The notes under the pieces: generated by a model
What the model saw: the letters and a program-made list of their open reading frames with translations, nothing else
Told to the model about the DNA's origin: nothing
Database searches by the model: none
Source: Armatimonadota bacterium
GTDB lineage: Bacteria; Armatimonadota; Armatimonadia; Armatimonadales; Armatimonadaceae
Length of the DNA: 36,464 nt
Direction: 5' to 3'
Assembly (NCBI GenBank): GCA_043754515.1
Contig: JAYUUO010000153.1
Span: 1 to 36,464, forward strand
Part shown: positions 17,947 to 26,091 of the stretch, piece by piece
Layout: each line of letters starts with the position of its first letter
How positions within the stretch are numbered: position 1 is the first letter of the stretch
Translations under genes and position numbers: made by a program

Positions 17947-18435
17947 TTAAGCGAGTCGTGTCAGGAGATGAGGTGGGGCGCGGGGGGAGAGGGCTGACGG
18001 AAGATAAAGGGCGGGGGGAGGCCCACGATATCCGGGGGCATGGACGACAAGGTACTTCACCACGCGAACCGTATCAACTCGGGTCGGGGAGTCGAGGACC
18101 GCGAGCGGTGGGAATGCCATCGCCTTATTCGCTACACTAAGGCTGACGACCACGGACGACCCAGCCGTCTCAATCCCCATTTTGCAGTCGCACCCCGCCC
18201 CGCGCATCATGTCCGAACTCACCGGGGGCGTGGAACGCGCGGAGGGAAACACCACGGCGCATTGCGAGTCACAACGGGCGACGTTTTCGGCCTTGCAACA
18301 GCAACTTCCCATCACCAAGCCGCAGACGCGGCCTTCGCAGTACCAGGCGAACATGTTCCCCGCGATCATCCGCGGCAAGAGCAGCAAAATCGCCATAATC
18401 AGAGGATGGATATATAATCGCCGGGTGTTCAACAC
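17947..18435 (-). CDS. Cys-rich exported leader protein with RGPP/RAPP C-terminus (CzcI/DUF2946-like arrest-peptide candidate)
   Basis: Hydrophobic N-terminus, 9 Cys (CCC, CxxxC, CxC), C-terminus ...YRGPPPALYLPSALSPRAPPHLLTRLA. Directly upstream of czcC. Confidence 0.72.
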   Translation of the reverse strand: MLNTRRLYIHPLIMAILLLLPRMIAGNMFAWYCEGRVCGLVMGSCCCKAENVARCDSQCAVVFPSARSTPPVSSDMMRGAGCDCKMGIETAGSSVVVSLSVANKAMAFPPLAVLDSPTRVDTVRVVKYLVVHAPGYRGPPPALYLPSALSPRAPPHLLTRLA

Positions 18436-18439
18436 GCCG

Positions 18440-18448
18440 AGTATACCA
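18440..18448 (-). promoter_or_regulatory. Extended -10 element (TGgTATACT) for a probably leaderless leader-ORF transcript
   Basis: TATACT at 18445-18440, 4 nt before GTG 18435 and 7 nt before TTG 18432. No SD visible. Confidence 0.55.
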
Positions 18449-18477
18449 TGAGCCCGTGGTCCATTCGTAATACCGTA

Positions 18478-21400
18478 CTAGCGACTGAGCGCACGTTCGT
18501 ACCTCTCGCCGGTCGCGGCCCGCAGCTGCGCGCGGGCGATCACCCGCTCCGCCTGAGCGCGGGCGAGCGCGGTGATCGCACGGGTGTAGGCCGCTAGCGC
18601 GTCGAGCCGTTCCGCCGTGACCGACTTGCCCGCGTCGTAGCGGAGGCTTGCGAGTTCATACGCCTGCTTCGCGGCGGCAACACCAACCTGCGCGACGCCA
18701 ATCCGCGCGTTCGCGGAGGCGTTCGCGAGCCACGCGGACGCCGCCTCCCGCGCGACACTTTGCCGCGCCCGATCCCCGTCGGCGGTGGCGCGGTCCAGCC
18801 TTGCCCGCGCCGCTTCGTTATCCGCACGCCGCTGCCCCCCGTCGAGGAGCGGCAGACTTGCGGTCAGGGCGAGGGTGTAGCCCGCGCGGCTTCCGCCGTC
18901 CCGACTTGCGGTGCCGTCCGCCATCGCCACGCCGTACACCTGCGGCGCATAGGCTCCTCTGGCGGCGGCGACCCCGGCCCGCGCGGCCGACACCTGACGC
19001 AGAGCGGTGACCAGTTCCGGACGGTTCGCCGCCGCCCGTTCCACCGCCGCTTCTTGGGTGGCGGGGATGCTACCGCCGTCCGCTATCGCTATCAGAGCGT
19101 CCAGCGTGTCGCCCGGCACGAAGGGCGATGACTGCGGAACGCCCATCGCCGCTTTGAGTTCGACCAGTGCGACCGCCGCGGCGTTCCGCGCCTCCAACAC
19201 CGCCTGTTCCGCCTCCGCCTGTTCCGCCTCCTCGCGCGACAGATCCACCGGCGCGAGCCGTCCCGCCGCGACGCGTAGCCGGGTGACGCGCACCTGTTCG
19301 TCCTCGGCGCGGAGCCGCGCCTCCGCCGCATTAATCAGTTCCCGCCCTAGCACCGCGCGGGTGTATGTTTCGGTGACGGACTCTTCGGCAAGTAGTCGCG
19401 CCGCCGTGACCGCCGCGCCCATCGCCTCGCTCTGCCGGTTCGCGCTCCCGAGATTCGCTTCGAGCCGCCCGCCCGTCGTCAGAGGCACCATCAGCATCAG
19501 GTTCTGATCCGCGAATGGGCGCGGCGAGACGGCGAAAACGTTCTGCGGCATGACGCCCGGCGCGGACGTCAAAATGTTGGACGAGTCACCTGTCGCCAGG
19601 TACGTCGTGGTCGAAAGGGTCGGGCGGCGGGCCGCTACCGCCGAACCGACGCCCGCGTTCGCCGCGCGGTAGTCGGCTTCCGCCGCGCGGATAGCAGGGC
19701 TGTCGTGTAGCGCGAGCCGCACCGCGTCCGTCAGCGACAATGTTTGTGTCACGGGCGGGGCGGGATCGGGCGGGCCTGCGGGCGACGCGGCGGAAACGCC
19801 CGCCGCGCGTGCCGAACCGATTGGCCCCGCGACGAACGCGGCGAGCAGAAGGCAAATGACTACGGCGGCTTCCGACCCCCGACCGGATGAGCCGTGCGCA
19901 TCGTTTTCGCCGGGTGCGTTCTTGCCCCGCGCCCGCCTGAACAGGTTATTCAGGTCGTCAACTAGGGCGTGCATGACGGGAATCACCAGGAGTGAGAGTA
20001 GCGTGCCAATGGTCAGCCCCGCGACGATCACCGTGCCGAGCGGCTGGTACGCGTCAATGCCCATACGCGGCGCGAGCGCAACGGGGAGCATGGTCACGAT
20101 GGTGATCAGCGAGGTCATTACGATGGGCCGGAGGCGGTCGCGACAGGCCAGCGCGATTGCCTCGTCGCGCGGCAACTGCCCTTCCGCCCGCCGCCGCTGT
20201 ATCTGATCAATTAGCAGAATAGCGGTGGTGATGTCCATCCCGGTCAGCACGATCACCGCCATGATGGACACAGTCGAGAATGCCTGATGCGCGAGCCACA
20301 GCCCTAAAAAAACGCCCGACAGTTCGAGCGGGATTGAGAGCACCATCTGGAGCGGCGCGAGTAGCCCCCCGAACTGCGCGATCAACACCAAGAAGATCAG
20401 CAACACGGCTAGTTCCAGCCCGCGCAAGAGGCGGGCGAAGCTGTCCATCATCTGCGTCATGTCACCGCGCATCTCCAGAGAATAGCCGGGCGGGAAGTTG
20501 ATCTCCGCCGACGCTCTCGTGATGATGGACATAGCGAGGTCCATTGAGGGCGGACCATCTTTCCGATAGTATGCCAGCACCGAGATAGTTCTGCGCAACC
20601 CGTCGTGCTCGATAATGGTCGGTGCTAGCTCGGGCGTCGCCGTCGCCAGCGTCTTGAGCGGGATCTGTTCACCGCTCGGGGCGGTGATTGGCATCTGGAG
20701 CAGATCGTAAATGCTCTGCCGTTGCCCTTCCTGATACCGGATGTTGATAGTGTCCTGCCGGATGTTCGGGAGCCGATAAAACTCGCTGGCGAGCGCGCCG
20801 CCCATGGCGTAGTAGGCTTGATCGGCGATTTCGGACGGCGTGAGGCCGACCTCGGCGGCGCGGCGGCTGTCTACATCAAGGCGGTACGACGGCTTCTCGG
20901 TCGCCCAGGAGGTCGAGACCTGTAGTGCGCCGGGCGTTTTTCGCGCGACATCCGCGACCTGCGCGGCGAGTTTCGACAGGATATTCAGATCCTTCCCCGT
21001 GACCAGGATCGTGACGGGTGCCTCGGACGACGCCATGACGTCCGACCCCATCTCCTTGATCTGGAGGCGGCGGATGTTCGGGATCGAGCGCATTGCCTCG
21101 TCCTGAACCGCGTCAATTACTTGCCACACGGTCTGCTTCCGCTCGTCCTTGTCCGACAACGTGATCATCAGGGTGGCCGTATTTACCTCGCCCATCGCGT
21201 AGCCGGTGAAGTACGTCCCGCCCGGTTCCTCGCCGATTTCGGTAGAAACGCGGCGAATTTCGGGGTGCTTCAGGATGATCCGCTCCAGTGCCGTGGTCGC
21301 AGCCTTCGTTTCGGCATAGCTCGCGCCGGGGCGCATCTCCAGCACACCGTACGCCTGCCCGACGTCGGCGAGTGGCATCATCTCCGAGCCGATGAACCGG

Positions 21401-23139
21401 TAGAAACCAAGCCCGGCGATCACCGTGGCGAGAGCGACGGCGACGACCGAGAAACGATTACGGAGGAGCACCAGCACCAGCCGCTGATACCAGGCGTCAG
21501 CCCGATCCAGGCGCGACTGGAGCGGCGCGAGCACTCCCCGCGCGAACCAGGAGCGGCGTGTCTCATCGCCCGCCGTATGCGGCTTGAGCAGGTACGCCGA
21601 AAGGAGCGCGGTCAGTGTCAGCGAAACGAAAAACGAGGCGATCAGCCCGAAAATGATCGGATAGACCAACCCGACGAACATGATCTGCGTAATGCCGCCG
21701 CAGAACAGGAGCGGCGACAGCGCGAGTACCAGCATGATCGTGGACGCGGCGACGGCGAGCCGCACTTCGGTGATTCCGTCCACGGTCGCGGTCTTCGGGT
21801 CCTTGCCCATCGCCAGGTGCCGCTCGACGGCGTGGATGTCAATCAGGGAATCGTCCACGAGCCGCCCGATGGAGACGAGAAGCCCGATCAGCGTGGACGA
21901 GTTCAGCGAGAACCCGAACGGCACCATGAGCAGAATCGCCATCGCCATGGATACCGGGATCGTCACCAGCGAGATCAGCGTGCCGCGCCCGCTCCCGAGG
22001 AAGAAGAGCACGGCGATCCCGCAGAGTGCGACCGCCGTTAGTAGCTCCTCGCCGGTGTTTTTGAACAGGATGTTGACGAATCGCGCGTTGTCATAGGCGA
22101 CTTTGAAGTGTAATCCGGGATGATCCTCCTCCAGCGTCGCGATCTGCTTTCGGACTGACGCGATCACGGGCACGGAACCGACGGCGGGGTTCTGGATCAC
22201 TGCCATCTCGACGGCACCGTTATCCGCGCCCTCGATTTGTTTGCGCGCCCCGTCCACGAAGTGGTAACCGCTCCGCTGTTCGCGGAAGTCATCGGAAACG
22301 CTGGCCACATCCTTGATCGAAATGATAGCCCCGTTCTTCGCGCCGAGCGGATAGTTCGCGACCGACTGCGCATCCTGGGCAAGCCCCGAAACGCGCACGA
22401 TAGTCTCGTTCAATCCGCTCGTGATCACGCCGGCTGGTTTCGCCGCGCTGTGTTTGTCCACCGCGTCGCGGACGTCCAGTATCGAGTAGCCGTAGGCGGC
22501 CAATTTGTCGCGATTCACCGTGACGCGCAGCTGCCGCTTCCGCCCACCGTAGACCGAAACGGACTGAACGTCTCCGATCTGTTTAAGGGCGCGGACGCCC
22601 TCGTTCTCGGCGAACTCGCGGAGCGAAAGCGGCGTCCACCCTTTATCCGCGTCACCCGTCACCGACAGCGAAAGTACCGGCAGGTTCAGCGGGTCAATCG
22701 GTAGCACCCAGGACGGCTTCCCGTTCGCGCCGGTCGGTGGCAGGTCGGCCTGCACCGCACTCATCAGCGATTGGACGTCCGTGGTCGCCTTCTTCATATC
22801 CGTGCCGTAAGGAAACTCCAGCGACACTATAGACAGACCGTCCTGCGAGGTGGAGCGGATGTACCGCGCCCCGCGAATGTCTGTCATCCGCTCCTCGATA
22901 GGCTTGGAAAGGTACGTCTCCATCTCCTGAGCGGATAGTCCGGGCATCATGGTTACGATGCCGACCAGAGGCGACTCGACGTAAGGCATCATGCGTCGCG
23001 GCATGATCCCGCCGAATACCGTGATCGCCGCCAGCACGATCACGGCGACATAGAACGAGATGACGACCCACGGGTGCTGTATGCTCCACGCCGAGACGTT
23101 GAACCCGCCGGACGCGGTTTCACTTTTAAGTTTAGACAT
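18478..23139 (-). CDS. RND permease fused to a C-terminal TolC/OEP domain (1553 aa)
   Basis: First ~1070 aa are AcrB-like (PGLSAQEMETYLSKPIEE, GRLVDDS, RLRPIVMTSL). Then a hydrophobic segment ending ARA, then OEP repeats (LSLTDAVRLAL, SLPLLDGG, LRYDAGK). Confidence 0.9.
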   Translation of the reverse strand: MSKLKSETASGGFNVSAWSIQHPWVVISFYVAVIVLAAITVFGGIMPRRMMPYVESPLVGIVTMMPGLSAQEMETYLSKPIEERMTDIRGARYIRSTSQDGLSIVSLEFPYGTDMKKATTDVQSLMSAVQADLPPTGANGKPSWVLPIDPLNLPVLSLSVTGDADKGWTPLSLREFAENEGVRALKQIGDVQSVSVYGGRKRQLRVTVNRDKLAAYGYSILDVRDAVDKHSAAKPAGVITSGLNETIVRVSGLAQDAQSVANYPLGAKNGAIISIKDVASVSDDFREQRSGYHFVDGARKQIEGADNGAVEMAVIQNPAVGSVPVIASVRKQIATLEEDHPGLHFKVAYDNARFVNILFKNTGEELLTAVALCGIAVLFFLGSGRGTLISLVTIPVSMAMAILLMVPFGFSLNSSTLIGLLVSIGRLVDDSLIDIHAVERHLAMGKDPKTATVDGITEVRLAVAASTIMLVLALSPLLFCGGITQIMFVGLVYPIIFGLIASFFVSLTLTALLSAYLLKPHTAGDETRRSWFARGVLAPLQSRLDRADAWYQRLVLVLLRNRFSVVAVALATVIAGLGFYRFIGSEMMPLADVGQAYGVLEMRPGASYAETKAATTALERIILKHPEIRRVSTEIGEEPGGTYFTGYAMGEVNTATLMITLSDKDERKQTVWQVIDAVQDEAMRSIPNIRRLQIKEMGSDVMASSEAPVTILVTGKDLNILSKLAAQVADVARKTPGALQVSTSWATEKPSYRLDVDSRRAAEVGLTPSEIADQAYYAMGGALASEFYRLPNIRQDTINIRYQEGQRQSIYDLLQMPITAPSGEQIPLKTLATATPELAPTIIEHDGLRRTISVLAYYRKDGPPSMDLAMSIITRASAEINFPPGYSLEMRGDMTQMMDSFARLLRGLELAVLLIFLVLIAQFGGLLAPLQMVLSIPLELSGVFLGLWLAHQAFSTVSIMAVIVLTGMDITTAILLIDQIQRRRAEGQLPRDEAIALACRDRLRPIVMTSLITIVTMLPVALAPRMGIDAYQPLGTVIVAGLTIGTLLSLLVIPVMHALVDDLNNLFRRARGKNAPGENDAHGSSGRGSEAAVVICLLLAAFVAGPIGSARAAGVSAASPAGPPDPAPPVTQTLSLTDAVRLALHDSPAIRAAEADYRAANAGVGSAVAARRPTLSTTTYLATGDSSNILTSAPGVMPQNVFAVSPRPFADQNLMLMVPLTTGGRLEANLGSANRQSEAMGAAVTAARLLAEESVTETYTRAVLGRELINAAEARLRAEDEQVRVTRLRVAAGRLAPVDLSREEAEQAEAEQAVLEARNAAAVALVELKAAMGVPQSSPFVPGDTLDALIAIADGGSIPATQEAAVERAAANRPELVTALRQVSAARAGVAAARGAYAPQVYGVAMADGTASRDGGSRAGYTLALTASLPLLDGGQRRADNEAARARLDRATADGDRARQSVAREAASAWLANASANARIGVAQVGVAAAKQAYELASLRYDAGKSVTAERLDALAAYTRAITALARAQAERVIARAQLRAATGERYERALSR

Positions 23140-23144
23140 CGCGG

Positions 23145-25022
23145 CTACCGTCCTTCCTGAACCGGCGTGAGTTTTCCGCCGTCCATGGGATCAATGAAGT
23201 GGTGCTTCCGCGCGTCCGCTTCGGAGTAGATCATGTTACAGGTCGCGCAACGGTAGCGGGTGATGCCGCGAGCGGTACCGCCCGCCGCAGTCGGGAGCGT
23301 CTCCGGCCCGCTATCGCCCCAGCGCGTTAGGGCGACCCGTCCTCCTTCGGTTAGCCCCGCCTGGCCGCGTATCACTATCCGGTCGCCCGCGCCGAGCGCG
23401 AGCGTGGATATCACGGACGCGGAGCCATCGCTCGCGCCGAGGGTGACCGCGACGCGCCGTATGGTCAGACCGCTATCGCCGACAGATGCTGTGCCCTCTC
23501 CATCGGATGCCGCGCCCGCCCGCGCGACGGGCGCGAGTTTTCCGCCGTCCATGGGGTCAATGAAGTGGTGCTTCCGCGCGTCCGCCGCCGAATAAATCAT
23601 GTGGCAGACGGCGCATTCGTACCGCGTCGCGTCCGTCCCGGTGCTCTTGCCTGTGACGGACGGACGGACCGACCCGCTCGCGACCCACACGAAGGCGTTC
23701 CCGCCGTCATAAACCACCGCCGCCGTCGGGACGAGCAGCGCGTCGCGCGAGCCTGGTTTCGTCAGATGTACGGTGACGAACGCGCCGGGGAGCAGAGCGT
23801 GACGCGGGTTGTCCAGTACTGTCTCGACCACCGCCGTGCGGCTCGTTTCGTTCGCAGCGGGAAAGACGGATGTGACTGTGCCGACAATTGACTTCGCCGC
23901 GCCGTTCACGCCCGCCTGGGGGACGATTCGCACGGGTGTCCCCGGACGGATGCCGCTCAGGTCGCTGACGGCCACCCGCGCCTGAACCCGAACCCGGTCA
24001 ATTTCGGCGATTTTCAGGAGCACCGTCCCCGGCTGAACCAGCGTGCCGGGCGCGACGGCCCGCTCCGTAACCACGCCAACCGTCGGCGAAACGATACGCG
24101 CGTAGCCCTCGCTGATCGCCGCCTGCCGCGCCGCCGCGCGTGACGCGGTCGCAGTGAATCGCGCCTGCTCCGCCTGCTTTCCGGCGAGCGCGAGATCCGT
24201 CGCTGCCATCCGCCGCGCGGCGCGCGCGGACGCGATCTGCTCCCGCGCCTGGCTCAGTTTCGCGGTCGCCGCGCCGACCATTGCCCCCGCCTGTCGCTCT
24301 TTGGCGAGTGCCGAGGCGAGTGTCGCGTCGGCGACGCGTGCCTGCGCGACCTCGTTCTGGTACTCCTGGCGGGAGGCCGCGCCCGCGTCCGCGAGGCTTT
24401 TCTCGCGGGCCAACTCGACCTTCCAGTAGTCGGCGTTCGCCCGCGCCCCCTGTATAGCGGCGCGGGCGTCACCCGCCCCCGCCTCCGCGGCTTCCACCCC
24501 GGCCAGCGCGTCGCGAACGCCCGCGTCCGCCGCGGCGACCTGCGCGACCGCCTGCGCGAGAACGGCGGGGTGGTGCTCGCGGTCCGTCTGCTCCGCTATC
24601 CGGCGCGTGGCGTCGGTCGCGCCCGCCTCCGCGTTCATCTGCTCCGTTTTAGCCTGGATCTCGGCGGTGTCGAGTTGCGCGAGGAGTTGCCCCGCGCGTA
24701 CCGTATCGCCAGGATACACCGGGAGCGCGAGGATCTGCCCCGTAATCCGCGAGGAGATGTCGCGCGTGTTGTACGCCTGAACCGTGCCGGTGTAAGTCAC
24801 CGTATCGCCCAGTCCGCCGCGCCGAACGGACGCAAGCTCCACCGGCGCATCGCCGACCGGAGGGCGCATCTGTGACATATCCATCGCCTGCGCGGTGATC
24901 ACGTCGAGCTGTCCGGGGCGGTGCCACCGGCGCACGGCTCCGGCGGTCAGCACCGTGACCCCCGTGATCAGGGCGATGCCGATTCCGTATCGCGTGAACC
25001 AGTTCGTTTTTCGAGCGTTCAT
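23145..25022 (-). CDS. RND periplasmic adaptor with two CxxC..HHFIDPMDGGKL domains
   Basis: TM anchor, ISSRITGQI..VYPGDTVRAGQ, SPTVGVVTER, LLPGAFVTV. ATG 25022 preferred because the 25244 start overlaps the upstream gene. Confidence 0.88.
   Translation of the reverse strand: MNARKTNWFTRYGIGIALITGVTVLTAGAVRRWHRPGQLDVITAQAMDMSQMRPPVGDAPVELASVRRGGLGDTVTYTGTVQAYNTRDISSRITGQILALPVYPGDTVRAGQLLAQLDTAEIQAKTEQMNAEAGATDATRRIAEQTDREHHPAVLAQAVAQVAAADAGVRDALAGVEAAEAGAGDARAAIQGARANADYWKVELAREKSLADAGAASRQEYQNEVAQARVADATLASALAKERQAGAMVGAATAKLSQAREQIASARAARRMAATDLALAGKQAEQARFTATASRAAARQAAISEGYARIVSPTVGVVTERAVAPGTLVQPGTVLLKIAEIDRVRVQARVAVSDLSGIRPGTPVRIVPQAGVNGAAKSIVGTVTSVFPAANETSRTAVVETVLDNPRHALLPGAFVTVHLTKPGSRDALLVPTAAVVYDGGNAFVWVASGSVRPSVTGKSTGTDATRYECAVCHMIYSAADARKHHFIDPMDGGKLAPVARAGAASDGEGTASVGDSGLTIRRVAVTLGASDGSASVISTLALGAGDRIVIRGQAGLTEGGRVALTRWGDSGPETLPTAAGGTARGITRYRCATCNMIYSEADARKHHFIDPMDGGKLTPVQEGR
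23169..23585. repeat. Internal ~51-bp near-identical duplication encoding the repeated domain
   Basis: gagttttccgccgtccatgggRtcaatgaagtggtgcttccgcgcgtccgc at 23169-23219 and 23535-23585. A diverged third copy starts at 25163. Confidence 0.85.
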
Positions 25023-25099
25023 GGAAAACTTTCTAAAGGGGGAAGAGGGTAGTGTCCCGACCAGTGAATGATCTTCGGACCGGGGGCATCCCATTTCGG

Positions 25100-25378
25100 C
25101 TATGGCTTCGCGGGCGAGTGGTTCGGCTTCTTCGGGGCGACTACAATGCCCCTGACCGGGGTGAGTTTTCCGCCATCCACGGGATCGGGGAAGTGGTTCT
25201 TCCGTGCGACCGCCGCGACATAGCGCATGTGGCACTTCCGGCACTCGTCGAGCGTGGGGGCGGGCTTCGCCGCTTTTCTCGTCGGCCCCGCTAGGCTAGG
25301 CGCGACGGCACACGCGCCAACCAGAAGTAGGGCGAATCCCGGCGCGAGGGCGGGGGACAAACAAATTTTCTTAAACAT
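25100..25378 (-). CDS. Small exported protein with one CxxCH..HF.DPVDGGKL domain (candidate periplasmic metallochaperone)
   Basis: Signal peptide ending SLA, then DECRKCHMRYVAAVARKNHFPDPVDGGKLTPV. SD AGGAG 7 nt before ATG 25378. Confidence 0.78.
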   Translation of the reverse strand: MFKKICLSPALAPGFALLLVGACAVAPSLAGPTRKAAKPAPTLDECRKCHMRYVAAVARKNHFPDPVDGGKLTPVRGIVVAPKKPNHSPAKP

Positions 25379-25503
25379 GGCCATTCTCCTAAAGGGTCGC
25401 CTGAACGCGCGGATTAATATTCCGGCGCGAGGAGGTAAGTAGTACAGAGGTGATCCGACAACACGAAGGCGTGGCGACGGTCGCCGGGATCGGTTGGGTT
25501 ACA

Positions 25504-25974
25504 TCAGGAGAAAGCAGGGGGTGCGCGTGGAGAGATCAGGTAACGGGGCGGCCCGCGCGGGGAGGTTCCCCGAGTAGAAGAGCAAGCGACTGCTACTGAG
25601 ACAGTAGGAATCGTGATGGCGTGGGCGGGCGGGGCGGGCGGGAGCGCGGCGAACAGGTCGCCCGAGTTGCAGATGAGCGCGGCTGGCAAGGAACCGCCGT
25701 GACGAATCGGCTTGAGGTGGCAACAGGAGCGGTTCGTCAGCGCGACGCGCGATACCGGTCTGCTCCTTAGTTCGGATGGCTCGGGGCAACACGCCATATG
25801 GGGGGGAGCGGCGTGAACTCCGGTCGCTATCCCTGCGACGGTTCGAGCGGCGGACATAGGTAGCCTGGTCACGCGGCAGACGAGTTGGAACGTCGTGGTC
25901 GGGATCGCGCAAGCCGCGAAAACGACACACAACGCCAGTACATATGCCACGACCGTTCTTCTCATCCGTATCAT
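25504..25974 (-). CDS. Second Cys-rich exported leader protein with RGPP/RAPP C-terminus
   Basis: MRR plus hydrophobic N-terminus, 9 Cys including two CC pairs, C-terminus SPRGPPRYLISPRAPPAFS. Extended -10 TGaTATACT at 25994-25986. Confidence 0.75.
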   Translation of the reverse strand: MIRMRRTVVAYVLALCVVFAACAIPTTTFQLVCRVTRLPMSAARTVAGIATGVHAAPPHMACCPEPSELRSRPVSRVALTNRSCCHLKPIRHGGSLPAALICNSGDLFAALPPAPPAHAITIPTVSVAVACSSTRGTSPRGPPRYLISPRAPPAFS

Positions 25975-26025
25975 TTGACGAGTTCAGTATATCACCCGCA
26001 CCCGGTTGGCACTATACATCCAGAT

Positions 26026-26054
26026 GACGTTCCCGGTCGGCGACCGGGAACGTC
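26026..26054. repeat. Perfect 14-bp inverted repeat in the divergent intergenic region
   Basis: GACGTTCCCGGTCG-G-CGACCGGGAACGTC. Confidence 0.85.
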
Positions 26055-26091
26055 CACCCGCGGAACAGCGCATATGATAGCAGAACGTCCT

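Noticed and set aside
25100..25378. Calling the small CxxCH protein a cytochrome c
   Set aside because: The paralogous copy has CxxCN, the domain is only about 32 aa, and it resembles metal-binding knuckles. Kept only as an alternative.
11466..25442. Many long plus-strand ORFs opposite the efflux genes (e.g. 12159-13433, 21121-22041)
   Set aside because: Arg/Pro/Ala-rich antisense shadows expected in high-GC coding DNA, with no motifs.
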